Shown: positions 49,562 through 61,352, counted from the stretch's first letter. The stretch: 64,000 nt of DNA from Coleofasciculus sp. B1-GNL1-01 (GCA_040220235.1 JAVJTO010000004.1), one strand, 5' to 3'. Notes: generated from the letters alone by a model not told the origin. Program-made: numbers and translations.

Positions 49562-52270
49562 ATGAGCTATGGTTCTATTATTAATAAACTTCCCTTACGG
49601 ATAGTTCTTATTGTACCCTTTGTACTGCAAATTCTTGGTGCAGTAGGATTGGTGGGTTATTTGTCTTTTAAAAATGGACAAAAATCAGTGAACAATTTAG
49701 CGAATCAATTAATGGAAAAAAGCAATGATCATATTAAAGACAATATTTCCGATCACTTAAGCTTACCTCATAAAATTAATGAAGCCAATAAAACATTGCT
49801 AAACTTAAAAACTTTCGATTTAGAAAATACTCAAAAAATAGAGCAATATTTTTTACGACAATTACAAATTTTTGACAATGTTACCAGTATAGTATTTGGC
49901 AGCCAAGCCAAAGATTTTATTGGAGTAGAATTACGAAATAATGAACAATTAGTAGTGATGAAGTCAAATCCTGCTACTAATTATAACTTACATACCTATG
50001 AGGTGAATAAAAGAGGAGAATACATCCAAAAAATCAGTATTAGTAAAGATTATAACCCAACAATTAGACCTTGGTATACAAAACCAGTAGAAGCAAAAGC
50101 CGAAGTTTGGAGTGATATTTTTCCTCAATTAGATACAAAAGGGTTAACCTTAGCAGCCGTACAACCCGTTTATGATACTCAGGGCAATATTCAAGGCGTT
50201 ATTAATAGTAGTTTTTATTTGACGGCTATTAGTAATTTTTTACAACAATTAAAAATTGGCAAGACGGGTCAGAGTTTTATTATTGATGAATCAGGCTATT
50301 TGGTTGCCACCTCTACTTTAGAACAGTTAGCAAAAGCTCAAAATGATCAACTAGAAAGAGTATTGGCTATTAATAGTCAAGATACAATCACTCAAGAAAC
50401 TGCTTTATATATCTCAAATAGGTTATTAAATGACAATCCCACGATCAATGGTTTAATTGTTAAAACTATAGTTATTAACAACCAAAAATATTTCCTACAA
50501 GTCAGTCCTTATCGAGATGAATTTGGATTGAACTGGTTTGTCGTAGTCGTGGTCGCTGAGTCGGATTTCTTAAAAGAAATCAATGCGAGTAAACGTCAAA
50601 CAATTTTTCTTTGTATCTTAGCCTTAATCTTGGCAACCGTGATTGGATTTATTTCTACACTTTGGGTAACCAAACCGATCATTCAACTCAACCAAAGCTC
50701 CCAAAAAATTGCTCAAGGAGAATTTAATCAAACGGTCACGATTAACCGAGAAGATGAACTCGGTCAATTGGCACATTCGTTTAATAAAATGGCGTCTCAA
50801 TTACAAGATTATTTTCAAACCTTGGAAGAAAACGAAAATCGGTTAAGACAATTCCTGGAAGCTATACCTGTAGGAGTTGCCGTTCATGAAACTAATGGTC
50901 AGATATGTTATTTGAACCAGACGGGACAAAAATTATTAGGAATTTCCTCTCATTTAGAAGCCAAAAAAGAGGAACTCAGTCAAGCGTATAAAATTTATCA
51001 AGCCAATACCAATCAACTGTACCCGATAGACGCTCTACCTATTGTTAATGCATTACAAGGAAAAACGGTTTATCTTGATGATTTAGAACTCCATCAACCC
51101 GATAGAATCCTCCCCTTAGAAATTTACACAACACCTATTTTCGATGAACAGGGTAAAATTATTTATGCGATTGCTGCCTTTCAAGACATTACCAAGCGTA
51201 AACAAGCCGAGAAGCTTCTAGCCGACTATAATCGCACCTTAGAAACTCAGGTTACTGAACGAACCCAGGAACTCGCCCAAGCCCTCGAAGAACTCAAAAC
51301 CACTCAATATGAACTAATCCAAAAAGAAAAAATGGCAGCTTTAGGACAACTTATTGCAGGCGTTGCCCATGAAATTAATACTCCTCTCGGAGCCATTCGT
51401 TCCTCTGCCGGAAATATTGCCAAATTCCTAGACCAAACCCTAAATCACTTACCCACACTGTTTCAATCCCTCTCTACAGAAGACGCCGCTATTTTCCTGG
51501 CTTTACTACAACGCTCACTACAACACCAATCAATTTTCTCTACGAAAGAAGAGCGGAAATTTAAGAGAGCCTTAAGACGGGAACTGGAAAACTTGGATAT
51601 TGCTGATGCCGATATTATTGCCGAGAGGCTGGTGATTATGGGGATTGCTGACGAGATTGTACCCTTCATCCCTCTGCTAAAAAGACCGGACAGTTTGCAA
51701 ATCTTAGAACTCGCCTATAAACTTTCCGAACTCAAACGAGGTACCGCTACCATTAATACCTCCACAGAACGAGCCGCGAAAGTGGTATTTGCGCTGAAAA
51801 CCTATTCTCGTTATGACCAGTCGGGAGAAAAGATAATAGTCAACCTGACTGAGGGGATTGAAACCGTTTTAACTCTCTATCACAATCAACTCAAACAAGG
51901 GGTTAAAGTGATCCGAAACTATGCCGAAATTCCACCTGTACCCTGTTATCCCGATGAACTGAATCAGGTGTGGATAAATTTGATCCATAATGCTTTACAA
52001 GCGATGAATAACCGGGGAACCTTAACCATTGATGTCACGCCAGAGAACCAGCAAGTGAAGATTAGCATTATCGATAGTGGTTGTGGCATACCCGAAGAAA
52101 TCCAAGGAAAAATATTTGAGCCATTTTTCACAACTAAACCGGCTGGAGAAGGGAGTGGCTTAGGACTGGATATTGTCAAAAAAATCATTGAAAAACATTT
52201 GGGTAACATAACTGTAGAAAGTCAACCTGGTCGAACGAAATTTAGTGTTTGTATTCCTCTTGAATTCTAG
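49562..52270 (+). CDS. Cache-HAMP-PAS histidine kinase
   Basis: Two TM segments, RPWY Cache motif, DELGQLAHSFNKM HAMP, PAS ending DIT, AHEINTP. Confidence 0.93.
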   Translation: MSYGSIINKLPLRIVLIVPFVLQILGAVGLVGYLSFKNGQKSVNNLANQLMEKSNDHIKDNISDHLSLPHKINEANKTLLNLKTFDLENTQKIEQYFLRQLQIFDNVTSIVFGSQAKDFIGVELRNNEQLVVMKSNPATNYNLHTYEVNKRGEYIQKISISKDYNPTIRPWYTKPVEAKAEVWSDIFPQLDTKGLTLAAVQPVYDTQGNIQGVINSSFYLTAISNFLQQLKIGKTGQSFIIDESGYLVATSTLEQLAKAQNDQLERVLAINSQDTITQETALYISNRLLNDNPTINGLIVKTIVINNQKYFLQVSPYRDEFGLNWFVVVVVAESDFLKEINASKRQTIFLCILALILATVIGFISTLWVTKPIIQLNQSSQKIAQGEFNQTVTINREDELGQLAHSFNKMASQLQDYFQTLEENENRLRQFLEAIPVGVAVHETNGQICYLNQTGQKLLGISSHLEAKKEELSQAYKIYQANTNQLYPIDALPIVNALQGKTVYLDDLELHQPDRILPLEIYTTPIFDEQGKIIYAIAAFQDITKRKQAEKLLADYNRTLETQVTERTQELAQALEELKTTQYELIQKEKMAALGQLIAGVAHEINTPLGAIRSSAGNIAKFLDQTLNHLPTLFQSLSTEDAAIFLALLQRSLQHQSIFSTKEERKFKRALRRELENLDIADADIIAERLVIMGIADEIVPFIPLLKRPDSLQILELAYKLSELKRGTATINTSTERAAKVVFALKTYSRYDQSGEKIIVNLTEGIETVLTLYHNQLKQGVKVIRNYAEIPPVPCYPDELNQVWINLIHNALQAMNNRGTLTIDVTPENQQVKISIIDSGCGIPEEIQGKIFEPFFTTKPAGEGSGLGLDIVKKIIEKHLGNITVESQPGRTKFSVCIPLEF

Positions 52271-52531
52271 CGGTAAGACTGAATTCTCTATAGAAATAAG
52301 GTTAGACATGAAACCCCATTAGTTTATGTGTTTATAACGATAAATATATTTTATACCAAGCACGCTTATACTAGAATATTAACCCTATAATAGTCAACTA
52401 AGTAGTCGGACAAAAGCAAATAATATTGTATTAGTTTTTGTAAATAGTCCTCAACCCCTTACCAAGGAAAAAGGACATAGCTTGCTTCTCGATGAAAGCG
52501 AGTATGACCAATAACAAACGATTAATGACAA

Positions 52532-54244
52532 ATGATAAACAAAAAACCAGTCATTATCTGTGTTGATGATGAAGCCAATATACTCAAAAGCCTCAGGACA
52601 GAACTTCAAGAGGCGATAAGTAACGAGTATCTGATTGAAATTGCTGAAGGTGGAGAAGAAGCATTAGAGTTAATTGAAGAATTGTTAGAGGATGGTTATG
52701 AAGTTCCTTTAATTATTTCCGACCATATTATGCCAGATATGAAGGGAGATGAGTTATTAAAGCACGTTCATGTCCTTTCTCCCAAAACCCTCAAAATTAT
52801 GCTGACTGGACAAGCTGATTTAGAAGCCGTGGGACGGGCAATTAAGTATGCAAAATTATATCGTTATATTGCCAAACCTTGGGAAACGGAAGACCTAAAA
52901 TTAACAGTTGTAGAAGCCGTAAATAGTTATCTTCAAGATAAACAACTCGCTCAAAAAAATATCGAACTCCAGCGTTTGAATCAGGAGTTAGCTGAATCGG
53001 TTAAGTTACTCAGTGCTAGTGAACGCAAATTTCGGGCAATTTTTAATCATACCTTTCAGTTTACTGGAATGCTCTCGGTTGAGGGCATTCTCTTAGAAAC
53101 TAATCAAACCGCCTTAGATTTTAGCGGATTGCAGTTAGAAGACGTGGTGGGAAAACCATTCTGGGACTGTTACTGGTGGACAGTTTCCCCCGAAACCCAA
53201 GCTCAGGTCAAAGGGTCATTTGAAAAAGCGGTTGGCGGTGAATTTATCCGCTATGAAATCGATATCTTGGGCGCTGACAAACGTACTGCGACGATTGATT
53301 TCTCAATGAAGCCAATTTTTAATGACAGCGGTATCGTTGAATATCTAATTGTTGAAGGTCGAGATATTAGCGATGTCTATCGGGAACTGCACTTACGCCA
53401 AAAAGTTGAAGCGGAACTGATTCAACTCAACGAAGCTTTATCCCGCTTTGTCCCCCGTCAATTTCTCCAGCTTTTAGAGAAAGACAGTATTATTGATATC
53501 CAATTAGGCGATGAAGTGGAGCAGGAGATGTCGGTTTTATTTTCCGATATCCGCGACTTTACCACCCTGTCGGAAACGATGACGCCTGAGGAGAATTTTA
53601 AGTTTATTAACGCTTATCTCTCCCAGATGGAACCCGCGATTATTGAGCATCAGGGATTTATTGATAAATACATGGGGGATGGGATTATGGCGTTATTTAG
53701 TGGCAGTGCTGATCATGCCCTCCACGCTGGAATTTCTATGTTACAACGGTTAGCTAAGTATAATCAAAATCGGGTGAAGTCGGGATATCTACCCTTGGAA
53801 ATTGGCATCGGCATAAACACGGGTTCTTTAATGCTAGGGACGGTTGGTGGACGACACCGGATGGATAGTACGGTCATTAGTGATCATGTCAATTTAGCCT
53901 CCCGGCTGGAAAATCTAACCAAAAAGTATGGCGTATGCCTGTTAATGACCCATTACACATTTGCACGTTTACAAAACCCCACCGAGTATCATATTCGTTT
54001 TATTGAGCAGGTAAAAGTCAAGGGAAAATCAAAAGCTGTGGCAGTTTTTGAAGTCTTTGACAGCGATGAGCCTCAGATCAAACAGAGTAAGTTAGTGACG
54101 AAGACAATGTTTGAACAGGGAGTGTTTTTGTACTATCAGCAACAAATACAACAAGCGGCTCAACACTTTGCTGAAGTGGTGAAGATTAATCCAACCGATA
54201 CCGTTGCTCAACTCTATCTGATGCGCTGTCAGTCTGATCAGTAG
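52532..54244 (+). CDS. REC-PAS class III adenylate cyclase
   Basis: Receiver domain, PAS, and FSDIRDFT, DKYMGDG, TVISDHVNLASRLE motifs. Confidence 0.92.
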   Translation: MINKKPVIICVDDEANILKSLRTELQEAISNEYLIEIAEGGEEALELIEELLEDGYEVPLIISDHIMPDMKGDELLKHVHVLSPKTLKIMLTGQADLEAVGRAIKYAKLYRYIAKPWETEDLKLTVVEAVNSYLQDKQLAQKNIELQRLNQELAESVKLLSASERKFRAIFNHTFQFTGMLSVEGILLETNQTALDFSGLQLEDVVGKPFWDCYWWTVSPETQAQVKGSFEKAVGGEFIRYEIDILGADKRTATIDFSMKPIFNDSGIVEYLIVEGRDISDVYRELHLRQKVEAELIQLNEALSRFVPRQFLQLLEKDSIIDIQLGDEVEQEMSVLFSDIRDFTTLSETMTPEENFKFINAYLSQMEPAIIEHQGFIDKYMGDGIMALFSGSADHALHAGISMLQRLAKYNQNRVKSGYLPLEIGIGINTGSLMLGTVGGRHRMDSTVISDHVNLASRLENLTKKYGVCLLMTHYTFARLQNPTEYHIRFIEQVKVKGKSKAVAVFEVFDSDEPQIKQSKLVTKTMFEQGVFLYYQQQIQQAAQHFAEVVKINPTDTVAQLYLMRCQSDQ

Positions 54245-54383
54245 GGGCTTTTGTTGTCCCCTTTGAGATGGGTCTATTCATGTTATCCCTAAATCTGCCC
54301 CTACATCTAGGTTGGGATCAGGGCGGGTTTTGTTGTGCAGTTTGAGGTTGGTCAATTCATTTTATCCCTAAACCCGCCCCTAC
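54241..54383. repeat. Two tandem REP doublets
   Basis: 54241-54304 and 54317-54383, similar arms and spacers. Confidence 0.8.
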
Positions 54384-54480
54384 ATCTGATGTCTTTTTTG
54401 ATCAAGGGATTTCTACTTTAATGTCTTCTCCCAGACGTGCCATGGCACATCTCTACATGGTTCCCCCATCCCTTACTACC

Positions 54481-56460
54481 CTAACGCCCCAATCTTTCCC
54501 TGGCTTTCTCACGCAAGTCGGCAGCTTTTTCATGATCCGGTTCCAGTTGCAGGGCTTTATCCAGAGACGGAATCGCTTCCGTGGTGCGCCCTAATGCCAT
54601 CAGCGCTTCACCGCGAGTTGCCCAAGCATCGGCGGAGTTCCGTTCCAGTTCAATCGCCTGATCTAACGCTTGAACCGCCTCAGCGGAACGTCCCACCCCT
54701 TGCAGTGCTATGCCATAGCGAATCCAGCCTCGGGCAAAATCGGGATAGTATTTCGTTACCCGTCCATACAGTTGCAGGGCGTCGATGATCTGGTTTTGTT
54801 GCCGTAGGGCATCGGCTTTGCTGACTAAGGCGTCGGCATAATCGGATTGGTACGCGAGGGCGTCATTACAGGCGACTAGGGCTTGTTCGGGTTGTCCCAG
54901 TTGATTGAGGCTGTAGCACCGTCCCCAATAAGCAGGGGCGAAGTCGGATTGCAGTTCGATCGCCTGATCATAAACTAGGATCGCTTTCTCGTATTCTCCG
55001 GCTTGTCTTAAGTCTTCGGCTTCAGCGAGTAAGGATTCAGCCGTGGGTTCGGGGGTTGGGGAGGGAGAAGGAGAAGGAGAAGGAGTTGGGCTAGGGCTTT
55101 CAGCGGGGACATCCTCAATTTGAGACTGATGATTCAATTGAGAGGGGAGTAGAATCAGGGTGACGGTAACCGTCGAACTAACCACGATCGCGATCGTGGC
55201 AATTGTCCAGGGCTGCATCAACCATTGCCGAAATCCGTGGCTTCTACTGGCTGTTGACACCGTTGCGGTGGGTTCAAAGTCCTGAGGTTGACTTAGGGAT
55301 ACGGTAGCATCAGTCCGCCCCGGGGTGGGCTGAGAGGTTTGGGTGCGTCCGGTGTCTTGGGTTTGACTCGAGGATGATTCGCTATTCGACTCCTCGACTT
55401 CAATCAGCGTCGATTCCGTTGGTGTCGCCTCCCACGCCTGAGTCTCGGCGGAATCAGCGGCTAAATTTTGACTCTCCTGATCCGTCGGCGCTTGGGGATC
55501 AACCAGGGGCGGCAATTCACACTCAGGGACTAACGGTTGGGGCGGTGACGCCGACTCCAATAATGGCGCGGGTAAATTCTGGAAGGCTAACAGGGTTTCT
55601 TCTGCGGTTGCATAGCGATCGCGAAAGTCATAGCGCACCATCTTATCCAAAATTTCCCCAAATTCTGGACTAATCTGCTTAGCATATTTGCGCCAGTTGA
55701 GTTCACCCGTATCGGAGTCTTCTTTAATATGTTTGGGATGAATTCCCGTTAATAATTGAATCCCAATAATCCCCACCGCATAAACATCACTACTATAGCG
55801 AGGTTTTCCTGCCAGTTGTTCATTGGGCATATATCCCTTAGTGCCGATAGAAATCGTCACATTGGTCAGCCCTGTTTCCGGATTCAGCGACTCACATCTA
55901 ACCTGTTTCACCGCCCCAAAATCAATCAGCACAATTCTGCCATCAGCGGCGCGGCGAATCAAATTGGCTGGCTTGATATCCCGGTGGATCACATTTTGTT
56001 GATGGACAAATGTTAGTACCTGCAATATATCTTGCAGGAGGGATAGAACTTTTTCCTGTGACCACGTCAGATGAGAGTCTATCTCTTTACTTAAAGGTTG
56101 TCCTTGAATATATTCCTGAGCCAGATAAAATTCCTGATTTTCCTCAAAATGAGCCAAAAGCCGGGGAATCTGCTCATGATTACCCAGTCGATAGAGGACT
56201 TGAGCTTCCGTTTGGAAGAGGCGTCTCGCTGTTTGCAGCCCCTCCTCATCATCATCGCTCACTTGAGGTTTTAATTTTTTAACCACGCATTGGGGATGAC
56301 CGGGCAAATGCATATCCCGCGCTAAGAAGGTTTGACCAAACCCTCCGACCCCTAGCTTTTCGATAACGTGATAGCGCCCGCCTAGAGGTTTATTGTCCCA
56401 AGCGTCTTGAGAACCCGACACCATCGTTTTTGTCAGCGCCCCTGTTGAATTTTTCTTCAT
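54481..56460 (-). CDS. Membrane Ser/Thr protein kinase with C-terminal TPR domain
   Basis: LGVGGFG, HRDIKPAN and DFG motifs; TM segment; PS/PT linker; TPR repeats; start uncertain. Confidence 0.93.
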   Translation of the reverse strand: MKKNSTGALTKTMVSGSQDAWDNKPLGGRYHVIEKLGVGGFGQTFLARDMHLPGHPQCVVKKLKPQVSDDDEEGLQTARRLFQTEAQVLYRLGNHEQIPRLLAHFEENQEFYLAQEYIQGQPLSKEIDSHLTWSQEKVLSLLQDILQVLTFVHQQNVIHRDIKPANLIRRAADGRIVLIDFGAVKQVRCESLNPETGLTNVTISIGTKGYMPNEQLAGKPRYSSDVYAVGIIGIQLLTGIHPKHIKEDSDTGELNWRKYAKQISPEFGEILDKMVRYDFRDRYATAEETLLAFQNLPAPLLESASPPQPLVPECELPPLVDPQAPTDQESQNLAADSAETQAWEATPTESTLIEVEESNSESSSSQTQDTGRTQTSQPTPGRTDATVSLSQPQDFEPTATVSTASRSHGFRQWLMQPWTIATIAIVVSSTVTVTLILLPSQLNHQSQIEDVPAESPSPTPSPSPSPSPTPEPTAESLLAEAEDLRQAGEYEKAILVYDQAIELQSDFAPAYWGRCYSLNQLGQPEQALVACNDALAYQSDYADALVSKADALRQQNQIIDALQLYGRVTKYYPDFARGWIRYGIALQGVGRSAEAVQALDQAIELERNSADAWATRGEALMALGRTTEAIPSLDKALQLEPDHEKAADLREKARERLGR

Positions 56461-57015
56461 CACTAGACACGTCCAGAAATTACACGTCAACCCACGATTC
56501 AAAGGGTCTTTGACTAATTTTTAGACAAGTCTAATTAACCATCGCATTGAAAACAGCACCCCACTAACTTGTCTTATTCTTTCTCTGGCAATCCACCCTG
56601 AGTTCATTGTTTATTTTTTCCAAGATAGTCGCTAATTCACCGACAGGAAGTTTACCGACGAATCAGTTATTCTTGTTTCTTTTCAAAAATAACCTTGACC
56701 GATAACTGTCGTTCGATCAGTTTGAGGTCTTTTAACTCTGGCTTACCCGACACGTTTCTGGAAACACTGCACCTTAGAGTCGGCTCACCTGACTCCAGGG
56801 AACCAGATGCCTACCATGTTAATTATAGAGGCGATACTCACTCTCTAACAAAAAAGCGCTTAAAATGAGGACATTCAAGTGTAAATTGACCAACGGCGCA
56901 AAGAAGCTGAACCTCTGATGACCAAAGACTTTTGTCTGTTTTGTCTAGTCATCAACGCTGAGGTGTAATTGAATTATTTGCTCTACTGTTCGCATTTGGG
57001 GCATCATTTTTATCT

Positions 57016-58611
57016 ATGGCACGGAAAAATCAGCGAATCAACCGTCGCCGCTTTCTGGTTACCTCAGCCTTAACCAGTAGCGGATTGATCACCGCTAACC
57101 TATTATCGAAATCAGGATTAGCCCAGAGTACAGCACCGGGAATTGTCACTTCAGAGAAAATGCGTCCGCAAATCCCTTATGGGGTGGCTAGTGGCGACGT
57201 GAGTCGTGATCAGGCGATTATTTGGAGCAAGAGCGATCGCGTCAGCCGGATGATTGTAGACTATGATACCAGCGAATCCTTCCGCAATCCACAACGGGCG
57301 ATCGGACCGGCGGCATTAGAAAGTAGTGATTACACTGCCCGACTCTATCTGACCAATCTACCACCCGGTCAACAGATTTTCTATCGCGTCACCTTTCAGG
57401 ATTTAGCCGACTTAAATCGCTACAGCGCCCCCGTCACTGGTACATTCCGCACCGCGCCTATCGACAAACGCGATATCTTTTTTATTTGGTCAGGTGACAC
57501 GGCGGGTCAAGGTTGGGGAATTAATCCTGACTGGGGCGGAATGAAAATCTATGAAACCATGCGACAGTTAAATCCCGACTTTTTCATCCATTCGGGGGAT
57601 TACGTTTATGCCGATAACCCTATTGTTGCTCAGGTGCAACTGGATGACGGTAGCATCTGGAAGAATATCACTACCCCAGAAAAGTCTAAAGTCGCCGAAA
57701 CGCTCCAAGAATTTCGCGCCAATTATGTTTATAATCTCCTAGATGAAAATATCCGCCGCTTCAATGCTCAAGTTCCCCAGTTCGTGCAATGGGATGACCA
57801 TGAAACCACGAATAATTGGTATCCGGGGGAACAACTTTTAGAGGATGACCGCTATACGGTTAAAAGTGTCTCATTGTTAGCAGCCAGGGCAAAGCGGGCG
57901 TTTTTGGATTATACTCCGATTGATGTTAACCATACCCATCCCGAACGGATTTATCGGTCGTTTCAGTATAGTCCATCCCTGGATATTTTTATCCTGGACA
58001 TGCGAAGCTACCGAGGACCGAATACCGCCAATCGTCAGACTGAACCTAGTGAAGAAACAGCGTTTTTAGGGACAGAACAGATTAGTTGGTTAAAACAACA
58101 GTTACGCAATTCCTCAGCCACCTGGAAAGTCATTGCCAGTGATATGCCGATTGGACTGATGGTTCCCGATGGAGAAACCAAGTTTGAGAATGCGGCGAAT
58201 GGGGATGGTCCTCCCTTAGGACGGGAGTTTGAACTGGCAGATTTACTCCGATTTATCCAGCAAAATGAGATTAAAAATGTCGTGTGGTTAACCGCCGATG
58301 TTCATTATGCGGCGGCACATTATTATGATCCGAATCAGGCTCAGTTTACGGAGTTTAATCCCTTCTGGGAATTTGTCGCTGGACCCCTGAACGCGGGAAC
58401 CTTTGAACGGAAGCTACTGGATAATACATTTGGTCCCCAAGTTAAGTTTCAAAGTGTCTCATTCGACTTAGAACCCAATCGTCCGCCCAGTGAGGGATTA
58501 CAGTTTTTTGGCACAGTAAACATTGAGGGGAAGAGTGAGGTGATGACGGTGGCGCTGCATAATCTTGAGGGCAAAACCCTCTACAGCGTTGATTTGATAC
58601 CAGAAATTTAA
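57016..58611 (+). CDS. phoD: Alkaline phosphatase D, Tat-exported
   Basis: NRRRFL Tat motif; GVASGD, GDYVYAD, WDDHE and TADVH motifs. Confidence 0.93.
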   Translation: MARKNQRINRRRFLVTSALTSSGLITANLLSKSGLAQSTAPGIVTSEKMRPQIPYGVASGDVSRDQAIIWSKSDRVSRMIVDYDTSESFRNPQRAIGPAALESSDYTARLYLTNLPPGQQIFYRVTFQDLADLNRYSAPVTGTFRTAPIDKRDIFFIWSGDTAGQGWGINPDWGGMKIYETMRQLNPDFFIHSGDYVYADNPIVAQVQLDDGSIWKNITTPEKSKVAETLQEFRANYVYNLLDENIRRFNAQVPQFVQWDDHETTNNWYPGEQLLEDDRYTVKSVSLLAARAKRAFLDYTPIDVNHTHPERIYRSFQYSPSLDIFILDMRSYRGPNTANRQTEPSEETAFLGTEQISWLKQQLRNSSATWKVIASDMPIGLMVPDGETKFENAANGDGPPLGREFELADLLRFIQQNEIKNVVWLTADVHYAAAHYYDPNQAQFTEFNPFWEFVAGPLNAGTFERKLLDNTFGPQVKFQSVSFDLEPNRPPSEGLQFFGTVNIEGKSEVMTVALHNLEGKTLYSVDLIPEI

Positions 58612-58616
58612 CAGAC

Positions 58617-58649
58617 AGATCCCCGACTTCTTGGAGAAGTCGGGGATCT
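58617..58649. terminator. 15-bp perfect hairpin between convergent phoD and hemA
   Basis: AGATCCCCGACTTCT-TGG-AGAAGTCGGGGATCT; may also be a dispersed repeat. Confidence 0.65.
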
Positions 58650-58729
58650 TGCTTAAGGCTATACTTCAAAAAAAAGAGAGGGAGGATACTCACTCAGCAT
58701 CACCCTCCTACTCTCTTCATCTCCCACGC

Positions 58730-60016
58730 TTAACCAAACTGTTCTTCAATCTCTAAATTAAACAGCGTTTGCAGCGTCTGCATGGCTTGACGTCTGGCTT
58801 CAATATCCTGCTGCGCCCTTAACTGCACCATCGGATCATGGAGGATTTTATTGACAATTCCCCGTGTCAACGCTTCGATGATTTCTTGATGTTTATCGGC
58901 AAACTCTGAACCTAAACGAGATAAGGCTTTTTCTAATTCCTGTTCCCGGATACCTTCGACTTTCTCCCGCAGACTACTAATAGTACTCACGGTTTCTAGC
59001 GATCGCCACCAAATCTCAAACGCTTCTACCTCTTGTTCCAGTAAGTTTTCCGCTTCCATTGCCATCTGACGGCGGCTTTCGGTATTTTGCGCCACTACTG
59101 CTTTTAAGTCGTCCACATTAAAGGCTTGAACCTGTTCAAGTTCATTGACATCAGCATCCACATTACGCGGTACGGAAATATCAAATAGCATTAAGGAGCG
59201 ATTGGGATCAAGATGGTCTTCCAGTTTAGCCCGATCCAGAATCGGTTCTGTCGCACTGGTACTGGTAAACACCATATCCGACTCCGGAATCACCTCCATC
59301 ATCTCAGACAAGGGATGTACCGTTATCTGAGCATTCTCAAACTGCTTTGCCAACTCCTCAGCCCGACGAGTTGAGCGATTGATAATGGCGATTGACTCAG
59401 CCCCTTTGGAAAGCAGGTGTTGCACCAGCAAACGCGACATCTTCCCCGCCCCGATAATCGCCACTCGGTAAGCCGCCAAGTTTTGCACTTCCATCTGGGC
59501 AAGTTCCACCGCCGCTGAACTAATCGAAACCGCCCCGGTACCAATGCTGGTTTCCGTGCGGACTCGCTTTCCGGCGGTAATCCCTTGTTTAAACAGTCGA
59601 TTCAACAGGCGTCCAATTCCCTTGTATTGCTGACCGATTTTGTGGGTATGCTTGACTTGCGATAAGATTTGTCCTTCACCTAGGACTAGACTGTCCAGTC
59701 CCGCTGCGACGCGCATCAGATGCATCACCGCATCTTGATGTAACAAAATAAACAAATGGGGGCGTAATTGATGCAAGGGGACAAGAGAGTTATCAGAAAG
59801 GAATTGACTGACTTCACGCACACCCTTTTCCGTTTCTGCTGCCACAATATAAATTTCTAGGCGATTGCAGGTACTAAGGATCGCCACTTCTTCAACATGG
59901 GGGTAGCTACAGAGTTGTTGCACCGCCCCTTCTATTTGGGCTTCGGGAATGCTTAGTTTTTCCCGGACTTCAACGGGCGCTGTTTTGTGGCTTAAACCTA
60001 CGACGGCAATATTCAT
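58730..60016 (-). CDS. hemA: Glutamyl-tRNA reductase
   Basis: [25 protein letters not shown] and DISVPRN motifs. Confidence 0.97.
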   Translation of the reverse strand: MNIAVVGLSHKTAPVEVREKLSIPEAQIEGAVQQLCSYPHVEEVAILSTCNRLEIYIVAAETEKGVREVSQFLSDNSLVPLHQLRPHLFILLHQDAVMHLMRVAAGLDSLVLGEGQILSQVKHTHKIGQQYKGIGRLLNRLFKQGITAGKRVRTETSIGTGAVSISSAAVELAQMEVQNLAAYRVAIIGAGKMSRLLVQHLLSKGAESIAIINRSTRRAEELAKQFENAQITVHPLSEMMEVIPESDMVFTSTSATEPILDRAKLEDHLDPNRSLMLFDISVPRNVDADVNELEQVQAFNVDDLKAVVAQNTESRRQMAMEAENLLEQEVEAFEIWWRSLETVSTISSLREKVEGIREQELEKALSRLGSEFADKHQEIIEALTRGIVNKILHDPMVQLRAQQDIEARRQAMQTLQTLFNLEIEEQFG

Positions 60017-60311
60017 TGTGTTCTCCAAATCTCTGTCGTTGGGTTGGGTCAACTATCAGGCTTGTTTTTTTTAAAGATAAAGAAAATTGAGAAATTTTTC
60101 TGAATGGGATGAACAATTGGGCATGAGTTCACAGATTCAGAGATGAAATTTTTTACCGGGGGAAAATCGATTTGCCCGTTAATCAACACTAAGCCAGAGT
60201 AAGTAGCATTATCATTGCTTATACTCTGGCTTTAACGCTTTTTTCTCCTCTCGATGACTATAATTCGAGACGGAGAAATCCTGCAACAAACAATGGATAA
60301 ATTTACAGTAC

Positions 60312-61352
60312 TTATCGTAGTTGCAGGGTCTTGGGCTGATCAAACAGATGGACAGTATCCACAAATCGAGCCGTCTTGGACTGGGTAGAAATAACCAGAC
60401 TTTGAGTCCGCGCTCCCCCATGGAAGAGTCGTACCCCTTCCATCAAGGTACCCGGCGTAATCCCACAAGCGGCAAATAGCACGGTGTCACCTGAGGCTAG
60501 CTCATGAGTATTGTAGACCTTATCAGGGTCGTTAATGCCCATTTCTTGGAGCCGCTCTAGGTTCCCCTCTTTGCTTTCACCAATCAAACCCGTTTGTACG
60601 GTTGCTGGGTCATAAATTAGCTGACCTTGGAAATGTCCTCCTAAACAGCGCATCGCCGCAGCAGAGATAACGCCTTCGGGTGCAGCACCAATACCCATCA
60701 GAGCATGGATATTTGTCCCTGAAAAGGCACAAGAGAGAGCCGCAGAGACATCTCCGTCACTAATTAGCCGAACTCTCGCGCCAGCCGAGCGGATTTCCTC
60801 AATCAGTCCCTTGTGGCGATCGCGCTTCATGACCACGACCACAAGTTCCTCAATTGCCCGATCCAGACATTCCGAGAGAATTTGCAGGTTCTCTGTTGCC
60901 GATTTATTGATATCGACATGATTTTTAGCCGCAGGAGGCGCCGCTAGCTTTTTCATGTAAAAGTCAGGTGCCGCAAACAGCCCTCCCTTCTCAGAAATGG
61001 CTAGCACCGCCATTGAACCGGGTTGCCCATAAGCCACCAAGTTCGTCCCTTCACAAGGGTCAACGGCAATATCGACTTCAATCAGTTCATCGGGATTACA
61101 AAAGTTCTTCGCATCCGGCTGGTTACAGATGCCCACTTGTTCACCGATATACAGCATCGGGGCTTCATCTCGCTCCCCTTCTCCAATCACGATGCGACCT
61201 CGCATGTGAATGTTGTTCATCCGCTCCCGCATGGCTTCGACTGCCACATGGTCTGCCTCGTTTTTATCACCTTTGCCCATCCATTTGGCAGAGGCAAGTG
61301 CTGCCTGTTCGACAACTTCAATAATTTCTAGTCCTAGCGTAGTTTCTAGCAC
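60312..61352 (-). CDS. glpX: Fructose-1,6-/sedoheptulose-1,7-bisphosphatase class II
   Basis: [23 protein letters not shown] and APEGV motifs. Confidence 0.97.
   Translation of the reverse strand: MLETTLGLEIIEVVEQAALASAKWMGKGDKNEADHVAVEAMRERMNNIHMRGRIVIGEGERDEAPMLYIGEQVGICNQPDAKNFCNPDELIEVDIAVDPCEGTNLVAYGQPGSMAVLAISEKGGLFAAPDFYMKKLAAPPAAKNHVDINKSATENLQILSECLDRAIEELVVVVMKRDRHKGLIEEIRSAGARVRLISDGDVSAALSCAFSGTNIHALMGIGAAPEGVISAAAMRCLGGHFQGQLIYDPATVQTGLIGESKEGNLERLQEMGINDPDKVYNTHELASGDTVLFAACGITPGTLMEGVRLFHGGARTQSLVISTQSKTARFVDTVHLFDQPKTLQLR

Noticed and set aside
56500..57015. Pho box upstream of phoD
   Set aside because: No tandem YTTAAYYW repeats at 11-bp spacing could be found
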